A DNA stretch of 63,978 nucleotides, the filler included, from Octopus bimaculoides (Eukaryota), in the NCBI RefSeq assembly GCF_001194135.2. It is 5 parts of 4 records of this genome, joined end to end, with 100 filler letters (N's around TTAATTAATTAA, not from the genome) between each part and the next. Parts side by side here need not be neighbours in the genome. Positions count along the whole stretch, not along the records: positions 49,071 to 59,403 come from NC_068987.1; positions 59,504 to 62,833 come from NW_026434360.1; 3 more parts are not named here. The stretch is one strand, 5' to 3'. The notes under the pieces were generated by a model. It did not search any database and was not told the DNA's origin. It saw nothing but the letters and a program-made list of their open reading frames with translations. A program made the translations under genes and the position numbers. This document shows, one piece after another, positions 49,328 through 61,270 of the stretch (the first letter of the stretch is position 1; every line of letters starts with the position of its first letter).

Positions 49328-49480
49328 GGGTTTCTTCCAGTTTCCGTCTATCAAATCCACTCACAAAACTTTGGTCGGCCCAAAGCTCTAGTAGTAGATA
49401 CTTGCCCAAGGTGCCAATAGTAGGACTGAACTCGGAACCATGTGGTCGGGAAGCAAACTTCTTACCATATAGCCACCTGC
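49328..49480 (-). mobile_element. SINE family A, 5' part (inverted relative to 48756-48945)
   Basis: Reverse complement of the family A head and body. Confidence 0.85.
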
Positions 49481-49734
49481 AGTTAATAAAGCTTCTGTTA
49501 ATTGTTCGTGAATGTTGTTAATCATTTTGACACGTAGTCTTAAGAAGACTTTGTCATTCTCCACCAACATTAAATTCACAAGCACAACACCATCTCGACA
49601 CTCGGAACAAGCGTTTTGTATAGTATTTACAGGTGAAACTTATATTTTTAAAGGGGTATCATCTAAAACGCTTAATACATTACCTGCAGGTACAATAAAC
49701 ATAGGCACCTGTGGATGCAGCATCATTCATGGTC

Positions 49735-49736
<2 letters not shown>

Positions 49737-49801
<65 letters not shown>
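49737..49801. repeat. (AAT)n microsatellite
   Basis: Directly visible. Confidence 0.97.
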
Positions 49802-49922
49802 GGAAAACCGTATTTTAGTTTCCTTTGTTTTATAAGTTTACTTTCGTTGCTCCGTTTCTTTCGAATTTTGCTTTCACTTCAGTGCATTCTAAAATAAGGT
49901 TTAACAATAAATAACAATGTAC

Positions 49923-50040
49923 TGGTACTCCGTTGGTTACGACGACGAGGGTTCCAGTTGATCCGATCAACGGAACAGCCTGCTCGTGAAATTAACATGC
50001 AAGTGGCTGAGTACTCCACAGACATGCATTACCTTAACGT
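49923..50040 (-). mobile_element. 3' tail of family C SINE (or of its partner LINE), 5'-truncated
   Basis: Reverse complement of 1045-1161 (GCTGTTCCGTTGATCGGATCAAC.GGAACCCTCG.CGTCGTAA...CGGAGT). Confidence 0.85.
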
Positions 50041-50166
50041 CTCCGATTTTCGCTCATGAGCCGAATATCCTGACCTCTAAGCCAGGCGATTTCACTTGAA
50101 TAACAATGTAGGCGCTAAGATAATGACCGAATGGAATGCTAACCATCCCTGAACATCAGGATACAT

Positions 50167-50389
50167 AATATGCTTTTCTGCTCTAGGCACAAAGCCCGAA
50201 ATTTTTTTGTAGGGAGAGGGGCCAGTCGATTAGATCGACCCCAATACGCAACTGATACTTAATTTATCCACCCCGAAAGGACGAAAGGCAAAGTCGACCT
50301 TGGCGGAGTTTGAACACATAACGTAAAGACAGGAAATATCGCTATGCATTTCGCCCGGCGTGCTAACGTTTCTGCCAGCGCGCCGCCTT
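50167..50389 (-). mobile_element. Full-length SINE family B with 12-bp TSD
   Basis: TSD ATCAGGATACAT at 50155-50166 and 50390-50401; head GGCGGCGCGCTGGCAGAAACGTTAGCACGCCGGGCG. Confidence 0.9.
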
Positions 50390-50935
50390 ATCAGGATACA
50401 TTATATGGCAAACAAAATATAATTATGAAATAACAAAGACAAATTTTATTAACGCTTGTCAAGGTGATAGATGTTTTGATGCTAGCATTTGCCATTTTCT
50501 GGCATCGTTGAATAAAAGACGAGTTTTTACAGATGTAGGTATTTAATAATAGTGTAATTCACAATGAAGTCCGGGTAGTATTGCTATAGTAATTGTCCTT
50601 TTCTATGTCCAGTCTTCACTGCCTAACAGCGATCTTATTCAAGGACATAAAAATTTACTGACAGCAAGCAATTTTTCAAGGTCCAGATGCAATATTTTTC
50701 AGTGATATTCATAATTGTATAAAATGTTCAGAAATGTAATAATGAAAGATATTTTTCATTAGAAATAGTGTAAGATATCATGATGTTTTATTTTTTTTTG
50801 TGGGAAAAATAGGTGGAACAAATTTTTATGGATTAAGTTTGAAAAAAATCAAGCAATTATATATATATATACATTTTCAATTGATAGATCTGAAGTAAAA
50901 TATAAAACAGTCGTAGTTTGAAAGAAGCATTATTT

Positions 50936-51221
50936 TTACATTTGTGTAGCATCTTCAGAATCATTTATGTGTGTAACTGTATTGTTTGCTTGACTAGGCT
51001 TACGAAGACTTTTTTCCGTGTCTCTCCTTGTTGACGTGAAGGTCGTTTCTCTTTCTGAATCATGAGTGCAAGCATTTATCTGTACAGCTGCATTATTTGC
51101 TTGACTAGGTTTACGAAGACTTTTTTCAGTATCTCTCCTTGTTGATGTGAAGGCCGTTTCTCTTTCTGAATCAAAACTGCAAATGCTGCTGACGCAATTC
51201 GATCCGCTGCCCCTTGACCAA
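50936..51221 (-). CDS. Candidate terminal coding exon of an unidentified host gene (94 aa + stop, internal 37-aa duplication)
   Basis: Acceptor CTTAC-ACTCCTTATTTTCAG|. Open frame WSRGSGSNCVSSICSF-DSERETAFTSTRRDTEKSLRKPSQANNAAVQINACTH-DSERETTFTSTRRDTEKSLRKPSQANNTVTHIN-DSEDATQM*. Repeat periods are 111 and 99 nt; five of six differences in the 27-codon core are synonymous. Confidence 0.5.
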
Positions 51222-51716
51222 CTGAAAATAAGGAGTGTAAGTTCTAACTGATTTTCTCAGACAAATAATGCTTTAATCAAATATAAATAGACTGATAATT
51301 GTAATGAATTTAAATACAAATAGACTGATGATTCTTATCGTATAAAAGTATAGTTTTTCACACAAATTTACCTTATGTATGTGTGTGTGTGTGTGTATTT
51401 GTATATCTATGTATGCATGTATATATGTATTCGAAATTTCCTATATCAAAGATCAAACCGAAAGAGCAAATATGTTGTTTATTTTACAGATTTAATGCTT
51501 CATCAAAGAAAAGTCACTTTCACTAATTCATAAATATGGAATAAGATATTTTGGATCTGTAAAACGCATTTGAATTATTTCAGAACATTATTGTGAAATC
51601 CCAGTATAATTCATAACAGTCTAAAAATGTTCCCCACAATATGTGACGTCAAACAGTTAGAAGTAGACTTTAATCAAATTACGTTATACCATATTTGCTA
51701 AAACATATCTACTTAA

Positions 51717-51921
51717 CCCATTAATGCATAGTGTCCAGAAAAATGGACGCAGGAAAAATTACTATTACTTGTTTCGTACGTGTGTATAGTTGGTTTGTTT
51801 GTACGGAGCACCAGCTCATTCATAGAGCACTAGTTTAGAAGCAGACTACACCAGAAATAAGCTCAATTGGTAAATGTAATTTTTCCTGTGTCCATTTTTC
51901 TGGACGCTATGCATTAATGGC
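51717..51921. mobile_element. piggyBac-type MITE (205 bp, TTAA TSD, ~46-bp TIRs)
   Basis: TTAA-CCCATTAATGCATAGTGTCCAGAAAAATGGAC.CAGGAAAAATTAC ... GTAATTTTTCCTG.GTCCATTTTTCTGGACGCTATGCATTAATGGC-TTAA. Confidence 0.9.
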
Positions 51922-52390
51922 TTAAAAAAACTGCTTCATAATCAGTTTTTAAAATACGAATGCAGCAAGGCTCCTATTTAAATTTAGATAATCTTGCTTA
52001 AATTTCTAATTTAGAACTACGGCCTAATTATATTTCAATAAAACGCAGGACCAATTCCGAGAACGCCTACGTGAACTTTTTCAACTAGTAAGTCGGTAAA
52101 CTTAACAAAAAAAAAAAAAAAANNNNNNNNNNNNNNNNNNNNNNNNNNNNNNNNNNNNNNNNNNNNNNNNNNNNNNNNNNNNNNNNNNNNNNNNNNNNNN
52201 NNNNNNNNNNNNNNNNNNNNNNNNNNNNNNNNNNNNNNNNNNNNNNNNNNAAAAACACATCCTTCTTTTTTGCAATTTTCACGATTCGTTTATAATAATT
52301 AAGTGAATCGTAAAAAAAAATACATAAATAATACATAAACATAAGTGTATTATAAAAAATACAAAAATGGATGTTTGTATGTATGTAATG

Positions 52391-52422
<32 letters not shown>

Positions 52423-52756
52423 CGTGTGTGTGTATGTATGTATGTATGTATGTATGTATGTATGTATGTATGCACGATTGTGTTGTGCGTGTGTGGTAGG
52501 TACGATGGTGAACTGAAAGGTAAAGTAAGAAGAATGCAGTGTTTAACAAAAAGTGCTGATGAAAAACCTGTATGAATAGTGAAAAAATATAAAACGAATA
52601 ATAAAGTGATAACACGATTGAGAAGACTGGAGGCACAAAGTCCAGAGAAAAAATAATTTTAAAAAAAGGATAAAAACCCTGGATACAAGAAGGCTGCCGA
52701 AGTGGGCACAATCAGAAAACAAAAGGGGAACAAATTGCACTAGTACGCTGAGAAAA

Positions 52757-52906
52757 ATTTCTTTCTTATACAGTTTAAGCAGAGATTAACCTCGATTAAC
52801 CGAATTTTTCTTTCGTTTAGGGCAATCTAATTCAGCTTTGAAATTGAGATATAATGATTTCCAAGGAAAAGAATCAGTAGTTTCTTTCTATCAGCCGCAG
52901 ACAGCA
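52757..52906 (+). repeat. Copy 1 of an ~150-bp local direct duplication (copy 2 at 53708-53861)
   Basis: TATACAGTTTA.GCAGAGATTAACCTCGATTAACCGAATTT...TGATTTCCAAGGAAAAGAA in both; roughly 90% identical by eye. Confidence 0.9.
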
Positions 52907-52974
52907 TTTTGTCTCTCTCTGTCTCTCTCTCGCTCTCTCCTTGTCTGTTTGTCTGTCCGTCTGTCTCTCTCTCA

Positions 52975-53098
<124 letters not shown>

Positions 53099-53876
53099 AC
53101 AAGTTTCTTTATCTTCCTCCTTCTACACGCTTATTGGCAGACTACTATAAAGTAACCGGATAAGAGAATGTGACAATAAATGGTCTGTTATTCACAACTC
53201 TAGTTTCTGCAGTTGAGTAACAATTTAAGACAATTGAATGGAATATGTGATAAATTATTGACTATCTTTTCTCACTTCATTCCATACACGCAGTGATTAT
53301 TTAATTGTTTCAGGTCTGAGGATACTGAGATCGTCATTCCATTCTTTCACCAAACTGGGAGACTCTTAAAAACGATGCTTTTCTTCCTCCGAAACCATAA
53401 AATATGCAATCATATTTTCCACTACAAATTATCTACCAGGGACGTTTTAACAGTAATTAGGCTCCTAGAAGCATTGTACTGAGGTCTATAGTATTTATTG
53501 ACAGATCACAGTGTGCATAGATTAACATTGAGCCCCAAGACCTGTGTGAACCTGCTTTAAGACAGCCACTTACATAAACAGTTCCTATAAAAAGTCTTTA
53601 CGGGCTTCCATCATTATGTAGTCTGAAAATACATTGCGAAAAAAATCTTCGTGTTGTTTTAAACTAGTTATAAACACCATCTGTTGTTTTAAACTACTTA
53701 TTTGGTGATTTTCTTTCCTATACAGTTTATGCAGAGATTAACCTCGATTAACCGAATTTTTCTTTCGTTTCGGACAATCTAATTCAGCTTTGAAATTGAG
53801 ATATAATGATTTCCAAGGAAAAGAAAAATCAGTAGTTTCTCTCTATCTGCCACAAACAGCAACCAAACTCTTTACA

Positions 53877-54085
53877 TACTATTTTACTCTTTAATTTGTT
53901 TCAGTCATTTGACTGCGGCCATGCTGGAGCACCGCCTTTAGTCAAACAAATCGACCCCAGGACTTATTCTTTGTTAGCCCAGTACTTATTCTATCGGTCT
54001 CTTTTCCCGAACTGCTAAGTTACGAGGACTTAAACACACTAGCATCGGTTGTCAAGCGTTGGAGGAGGGAGAACACACACACATA
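53877..54085 (-). mobile_element. SINE family A, 3' half
   Basis: TTTCAGTCATTTGACTGCGGCCATGCTGGAGCACCGCCTTTAGTC...GGTTGTCAAGCG. Confidence 0.85.
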
Positions 54086-54309
54086 CACACACACACACAC
54101 ACATTAATAGTAATGGTATGATAACAAAAGAATGAAAGAGACCTCGATATTATGTAAATAGAGGAATTTATCTGTAATATAATATGTGACAATTATTCGG
54201 TTGCCATAATAAGATTCCGGCATCTCGTCAGTTATCGAGGCAATCAAAATATGGTATAAAAAAATATTTTGATTGAGTAATTGTACAGTTGTCTTTTTCA
54301 GTTGTTGAT

Positions 54310-55560
54310 GTTTTACTTCCTAGCTGTGTAAGCTAAGTAGAAGTGACGCTACTGAAGAAAGAGCCGAAGAAGAGGGACATATTTGACAAAATTTGGGTCC
54401 ATAATTTGTTAAACTTGAAGTCGAAGATTTTGAGCATTCCTAATAGTGTGTGCAAGGTATAGTGACGTTACTAAGGAAGGGTCTGAACAAACGGGAACGT
54501 CTTAAACAAATTTTAGTTTTATAATTCAGCTAAACGCAGAATCGAAGGTTTTGGCGAAGGTACTCACCAGGCGGTTGGCGCTTGTTGTTGGTAGTGAAGA
54601 TAGAAAAACACAAGCCTGTGCAATCCTCGGCAAATATATTTACCACAACCTCTATCTCCTGATATATTTCAGATCAGGTGGTCAATAGATCGGGATGTGA
54701 TGAGATCTGACCAGTTTAAATCAGATCAGATTAAAACCTTTGACGCACTTGCTCATCGCTTCGCTGTCGGTTCAGTTTCGGTTTCGCTATAAAATTTGGA
54801 GGTCTTAAAGAACTTCCTATTCAAAGTGGGACACAGTTGGGCTCTGTCAACTAACACGAACGACGTCACTGTCATTGTGTCGAACATATTGGTGATTCGC
54901 ATCATAAGGAGGAATACCAAACAATAACGAAGGACACATTAACTAAGATAAGTCGGTACGGTTAAAACCTCTTCTCAGTTTTTATCAACCAGGAGTGGAT
55001 TAGAAAAACAAAGCAAAACAAAAAAAAATCAGAAACCTGCTGTGAGTAGGGCGGCCAGTCTCACTCAGAAATACGCTAAGAGGAAGCTGTCCTCGAAAGG
55101 TCAGCTGGAAGTAGCGAACACCTATACCTCTTCGATAGGGAACTAGCATTTGAACATTATGTCTTGACGCAGGAATATTTGATCAAACTGAAGCGCATGC
55201 TTTTTCATTTCTTGTGGAAGAGTCAGGTTTAGCTGGTTAGGAAGGTCATTTATTGCCAACACTCATTCCATGGGGAAAGGGATCTAGGGATACTGTTACT
55301 GATAATATACAGGCATATACTGAAACTAAGACATTTCTAGAGATTCTTTCATAACGATGATGAAAAAAGAAGGCTGCCGATTATGAAACACGTCTCTCCG
55401 TAACTAATCATCTCTGTTGTTAGCTGCATCCATGAATCAAGTGCAAACCGAAGTAGGAATATTTCCAGGCACCAGTTGGCAAATGCGTTCTGTGGAGCCG
55501 CCACACTAGCTTTCTGTGAAAGGTTAGTGGAATATGAGCTGTGTCATGCTGTGAGCCCCG
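54310..55560 (+). pseudogene. Heavily decayed L1/Tx1-type ORF2 (RT domain and downstream region)
   Basis: VTLLKKEPKKRD...LLNLKSKIL; LNAESKVLAKVLTRRLA...QACAILGKYIYHNL...DQIKTFDALAHR; RKLS.KGQLEVANT; LKRMLFHFLWK...GERDLG. Confidence 0.7.
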
Positions 55561-56269
55561 AGCCAAAGCTAAGAAGACAGAAGGTGCAAAACAGTTAACT
55601 CAATTGTTACACTTTCAGATTAGTTGAGTTGCAAAACGAATAAAAGAATAAACAGGATTAAAAGACTGCTGTTTCAGCTGCTCCACCACCAGTCATATAA
55701 CCGATTCCAGCTCCGAGGATGGTTTGAAAACTGGTCTCTTTCTCGGTTCCAGAAGTGAACAACATCTAGACATCTTCCGCCAGTCCGAAAATGTCACAGA
55801 AGATCATTTTGCGTACCGTATCTGAGGTGGACGGTGTCGAAATATCCTCTTCAAATAGTGCCATCCTTTTTACTTGCGAGGGTGGGGACCAGATGGATCC
55901 TGACGGGGGATGAAAGACCACCTCGAGTAGCCACAACAGACGATATCAGTAAGGTACTTAGGGAAAGAAAGTGCTACGAATATAAGCAACAATAGCAAGT
56001 AGCACCTATTAGCAAGGGATCGGAGGATTTGCCCTGTCTTCGATACAAGAAGGCAGACCGACTATGACTCGTTTTCCCTGTAATCTTACATTTAATTGTA
56101 ATGGTGAAGACCGAGTGTAGACAGACTGATATTGGCATCCAGTTTAATGAGAAAAGAAAAAAACAAAGCAGGAAATGGGTAAAAAAGTTAGGATCGGTCT
56201 CATTAGAAAGTTTTCAGAATGGTGAAGGTGAACTGTGGACTTTGAAAATACTGAAACTTGTGTAGCTTC

Positions 56270-56560
56270 TCAGCAATCAAAAAATGCTCCAACTTTTGGA
56301 TTGGCCAGAATGTGATGGGAACAGTTTGATCTAAAACACACATCATTGGAGAATCATTGGAGAGGTTTACAAGCGAGATACATTTGTCAAGATGTTTTTT
56401 TTCTTGGATGAAACAATTCAAGACATGTTTGCAAATGATTTCGGCGATCTCTTGGAAGCATATAATGTTCGGTAAGCGAGTAAAAATGTGGGTCACACTG
56501 ATTCGACTTAACTATGGGTTGCCACTTGTATGTGGATAACTCTAACATTTTTCATGTCTT
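56270..56560 (+). pseudogene. Possible Tc1 transposase C-terminal remnant
   Basis: LLDWP...DL....LENHW...IQDMFA...KRVK..GHTD across frameshifts, resembling WP..SPDLNPIENLW. Confidence 0.35.
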
Positions 56561-56794
56561 AAGTACTGTGTTCTATAATATTTTCAATATTTCGTGTTTT
56601 ATTTCATTATAAACATCAGTTATTGTATAACATTCTCATCCTCCTTCGTTTATATACAGCTTTGTTCAATCCCACAAGTATTGTAAGTTACATTGATTAT
56701 CCGGTTACTGTATTGTATTGTATTGTATTGTTTGTTTCGATGCCTTGTGACTAATAAACAACTATTATTCATGTTAAGTAAAATTAAATAAATA

Positions 56795-57049
56795 GAAGTC
56801 GTTCCCGATTCATAGGCTTATAAGGCCGGCTTCTTGGATTCTGTGGTATATATCTTCCACCCTCGCCTCGGTGGACGGAACACCGATCCGTCGCATGACT
56901 ATTCATTTTATTTTTGCCATATGAGTGGACTAGAGCAATGTGAAATGAAAGGTTGTTCTGAAGAACCCAACACATCATCCGGTATAGGAATTGAAACCGG
57001 AACCTTACGATCATGAGTGCAGCACCCAACCACTAGGCCACACGCCTCA
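56795..57049 (-). mobile_element. tRNA-headed SINE (family C-like)
   Basis: Minus-strand head GAGGCGTGTGGCCTAGTGGTTGGGTGCTGCACTCATGATCGTAAGGTTCCGGTTTCAATTCC; body TTTCACATTGCTCTAGTCCACTCA. Confidence 0.8.
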
Positions 57050-57401
57050 ACATTCCTTAATAGGAGAACCCTTCCTCACACATTTCTGGCCTTGTGCTTA
57101 TGATAAGAAATATTAGTTTCAAATTTCAGCTCACCGCCCTATGTTAGAAAATACTATCCTTGTTACATGCCATTGCAAGACATATTTCATGTGTTCTCAT
57201 AAATGGATTACGTTTTATCTTATCAACAATTAGATATTTATGCCGAAATGTTATATAGAAAGTAATGAGATTATTGTTTGTTAACGATTTTTTTTTGTAA
57301 TCATATTTACGTAAAACAGCCGGCTTTTAGCAAAAATATCTCGAACCTTCTCTCCTCCAGGGAAGATTAATCTTCGAAACAGTAAAACAAAACGAGCAAA
57401 G

Positions 57402-57570
57402 TATTCTTTTCTACTCTAGACACAAGGCCCAAAATTTTCGGGGAGGGAACCAATCGATTAGATCGACCTCAGTACGCAGCTGGTACTTAATTTATCGATC
57501 CCGAAAGCAAAGTCGATCTCAGCGACATTTGAACTCAGAACGTGAAGACGGGCGAAATACCGATAAGCAT
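57402..57570 (-). mobile_element. SINE family B (head runs into (TA)n and a gap)
   Basis: TATTCTTTTCTACTCTAG.CACAAGGCCC...TTTGAACTCAGAACGT. Confidence 0.85.
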
Positions 57571-57686
57571 TATGTGTATATATATATATATATATNNNNN
57601 NNNNNNNNNNNNNNNNNNNNNNNNNNNNNNNNNNNNNNNNNNNNNNNNNNNNNNNNNNNNNNNNNNNNNNNNNNNNNNNNNNNNNN

Positions 57687-57744
<58 letters not shown>

Positions 57745-58744
57745 CTCTCTCTCCCACCCTCTCTCTCTCAGCAAAGAAAGAGAATGATAAGAGCCAAAGG
57801 ATGATAAACAAATGCAGGCCGACGAGGACTCGTGGCCCATCACAAGAGAAAAATAAAAGAAGTAAAAAGTCCCAACTCCGTTTCAGAACAGCGAAAGAGA
57901 ACTATATATAATCAGTGGGACGTGTGTGAAACTCAACAGTTCTCGATAAAAACAACGATGAATTGATTGATTTAATGCATGAGCTGAGGGAATACATGCC
58001 AACCAAAATATGCTGGGGCATCAATTTGAAGGGTTTTGCCGATCAAGTCGACCCTGGTACTTATTTGAAATGTAGTACTTTTTTCTTTACCCGAATCTCC
58101 AAGTTACAGGATGCAAACAAAGCAATATCTGTTGTCAAACGGCGAAAATTAAACACACGACAGGCTTACACACAGTTTCTCTTTGCTATACTCGTTCAAA
58201 AGGATTTTGTTGGCCCATGCTTTAGTAGAAGATAGTCAAGAGGCGGCGCAGTGGGAATGCCCATACCACGTGGTTGCAAAGCAGGCATTTTCACCACACG
58301 GCTTTGTCTCTGCTCTTGATATCGCTGAGCACGTGTAAAAGCCATATCGTAGTTTTATTGTAAAAACGATATCGTAGTTTTATTGCCTATTTTATTCGTC
58401 GCTGTCAGCAGGCACTCTCAGTGTGGAGCTTTCAAGGCAAGCTTCATGTGTGCAACACTAAATGGCTAAGAGTTATATTCACAGCTAGCATGTCAGTTTT
58501 ATCTAGCTTCCTCTTTTAACACCTACCAACTCCCTCTTTCATTTTAGATATTGTTACCATTAATTATTTACTGCACCTTACCAATTCATTCAATTATCCG
58601 CTTATCTCGCGCCGTCTATTAATGAGCTAGCAAGCACGAAAGTCGAGTTCAGAAGATTTTTCTTTGTTTATATCAAAATCTAGACACTACCGGAATAACA
58701 TTGCTATCTAATCTAACAACAAACCAAAATTTTATAGCTATATA

Positions 58745-58875
58745 TACGAAGGTGGGTTGCAAAGTTCATAGGCTGACTAAGAAGGTGTGACGCTAGAGCT
58801 GTGAAATTTTGCATGCATTAATTTCAGCTATTATTAATAATTGAAGTGTTTCTTTCTAGCTAAACCGACACCTGA
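58745..58875 (+). mobile_element. Mariner-type 5' terminus fragment
   Basis: TA-CGAAGGTGGGTTGCAAAGTTCATAGGCTGAC, similar to the mariner TIR at 12010. Confidence 0.55.
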
Positions 58876-59043
58876 CCAGTGGCCCGGGAACAAAATTTGC
58901 TTAGGGGGTGCAAACTCAGTTTCAAAATTTGGCACTACTGGAGAAGTGTGGATCCGAGTTCTGGGAGTATGCATGTCACAAATTTGCGCATGTGCCCGTG
59001 TTAGTCGCAAGTAGTCAAATTTAGCACACAGGTAAAAAAACTA

Positions 59044-59384
59044 GACGCTCGCTACTTGCTGTAAATTGAGGGTGGGTTATCCATCTAATACAAGAAGAAA
59101 ATTGCAGATAAATTGAATAAAAACATGAAAAATAACAAAATGATATTTCATTGAAAAGTAAACCATTCTGAAAGATAGTTCAGAATGTTTTCAAAACATT
59201 CATCTCCAGCTTTTCCCATATTTTATTAAGAGTTAGGGATTAGGGTTAGGGTTTAAAGTTAGGGGAGGTGAATGTTTTTTCAGTATTCAATGATTATTTT
59301 TCACTTTTATATTCAACTTATCTGCAATTTTCTTTTTGTATTACATGGATAACCTCGCTCCTTTTACAGCAAGTAGCACGCGTC
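59044..59384. mobile_element. Inverted-repeat element (~110-bp arms) with internal TTAGGG units
   Basis: GACGCTCGCTACTTGCTGTAAA...GAAAATTGCAGATAA mirrored at 59275-59384; TTAGGG at 59233, 59240, 59246 and 59259. Confidence 0.8.
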
Positions 59385-59503
59385 CGAACATTCAAATGTC
59401 AGTNNNNNNNNNNNNNNNNNNNNNNNNNNNNNNNNNNNNNNNNNNNNTTAATTAATTAANNNNNNNNNNNNNNNNNNNNNNNNNNNNNNNNNNNNNNNNN
59501 NNN

Positions 59504-59563
59504 TATGTATGTATGTATGTATGTATGTATGTATGTATGTATGTATGTATGTATGTATGTATG

Positions 59564-59654
<91 letters not shown>

Positions 59655-59675
59655 ATATATATATATATATGTATG
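59504..59675. repeat. Compound (TATG)n(TATC)n(TA)n microsatellite
   Basis: Directly visible. Confidence 0.95.
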
Positions 59676-59685
59676 TATATATATC

Positions 59686-60060
59686 ACTTTAACCCTCCGC
59701 AAAAATGATTTAATTTGCTTTGCGGGAAGGACTGTTTTAACGAAGTCGCGTCTTGTCCCAACCTTCGAAACGCGGAGTAGATAAAACAGGGGACAACTGA
59801 TGAAGGGATTGTTCTTTATGTTGCCTGTCTCGTATCTCTATTTGTTTCGTCGTTCGAAAAAAGTTCGTTTTCCATGTTTTTGTATTTTATGTTCTCGTTT
59901 TTCATTTTGTTCACGTTTTTTTGACATCCTATACACATATATGCCTGTATATATACATATATATGTAGGTATTACATACATATAAGAGGGATGACCACTA
60001 AGCGGGCATCCATTATGCTAGATGTAGATATTAATCGAATTAATATTCAATTTTTCACCT
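59686..60060 (+). mobile_element. Interspersed repeat related to 17935-18420
   Basis: See 17935-18420. Confidence 0.6.
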
Positions 60061-60091
60061 TTATTATTTAAATTTATATAAGTATATATGC

Positions 60092-60133
<42 letters not shown>

Positions 60134-60905
60134 NNNNNNNNNNNNNNNNNNNNNNNNNNNNNNNNNNNNNNNNNNNNNNNNNNNNNNNNNNNNNNNNNNN
60201 NNNNNNNNNNNNNNNNNNNNNNNNNNNNNNNNNNNNNNNNNNNNNNNNNNNNNNNNNNNNNNNNNNNNNNNNNNNNNNNNNNNNNNNNNNNNNNNNNNNN
60301 NNNNNNNNNNNNNNNNNNNNNNNNNNNNNNNNNNNNNNNNNNNNNNNNNNNNNNNNNNNNNNNNNNNNNNNNNNNNNNNNNNNNNNNNNNNNNNNNNNNN
60401 NNNNNNNNNNNNNNNNNNNNNNNNNNNNNNNNNNNNNNNNNNNNNNNNNNNNNNNNNNNNNNNNNNNNNNNNNNNNNNNNNNNNNNNNNNNNNNNNNNNN
60501 NNNNNNNNNNNNNNNNNNNNNNNNNNNNNNNNNNNNNNNNNNNNNNNNNNNNNNNNNNNNNNNNNNNNNNNNNNNNNNNNNNNNNNNNNNNNNNNNNNNN
60601 NNNNNNNNNNNNNNNNNNNNNNNNNNNNNNNNNNNNNNNNNNNNNNNNNNNNNNNNNNNNNNNNNNNNNNNNNNNNNNNNNNNNNNNNNNNNNNNNNNNN
60701 NNNNNNNNNNNNNNNNNNNNNNNNNNNNNNNNNNNNNNNNNTAACGGGGACAGCGATTATATATCACCTGAGGATCCCATTATACAGGTAATCCGTTGCT
60801 TAATTTAAGTGCTGTGTATATGTGGATCTATGTTGTATCGAAATATATGTAGTATTTATTAAATAGCTGTCTAAATGTACTCATTCTTGACTCTCTCTCT
60901 CTCTC

Positions 60906-60961
<56 letters not shown>

Positions 60962-61270
60962 ATCTTTTACTTGTTTCATTTATTAGACAGTCGAATGAAG
61001 CGATTCTAGTACTTACAATTTTTGTAAGCCTGCCGCTTATTCTATAGTTTTAGTTTTTGCAAAATCGCTAAGTAGACGCAAAGAAACCAACATCGGCTAT
61101 CAAACGGCGATGGAGAGAACGCGAACGCGCGCACACTAACACACACACACACACAAAATGGGATTCTTTCAGTTTTTCTCTACAAAGACCACTGACAAAA
61201 TTTTAGTTGACGCTGGGATATGAACCCTAGTATCATGTGTTTCGGAAGCAGCTGCTTACCCTACAAGCAA
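60962..61270 (-). mobile_element. SINE family A, strongly diverged
   Basis: TTTTACTTGTTTCAT...TTATTCTAT...GGGATTCTTTCAGTTT...GAACCC...TGCTTACC. Confidence 0.6.

Noticed and set aside
60768-60850. CTGAGGA...hairpin...GAAA as a hammerhead
   Set aside because: About 13 unpaired nt separate the hairpin from GAAA, and there is no convincing stem I.
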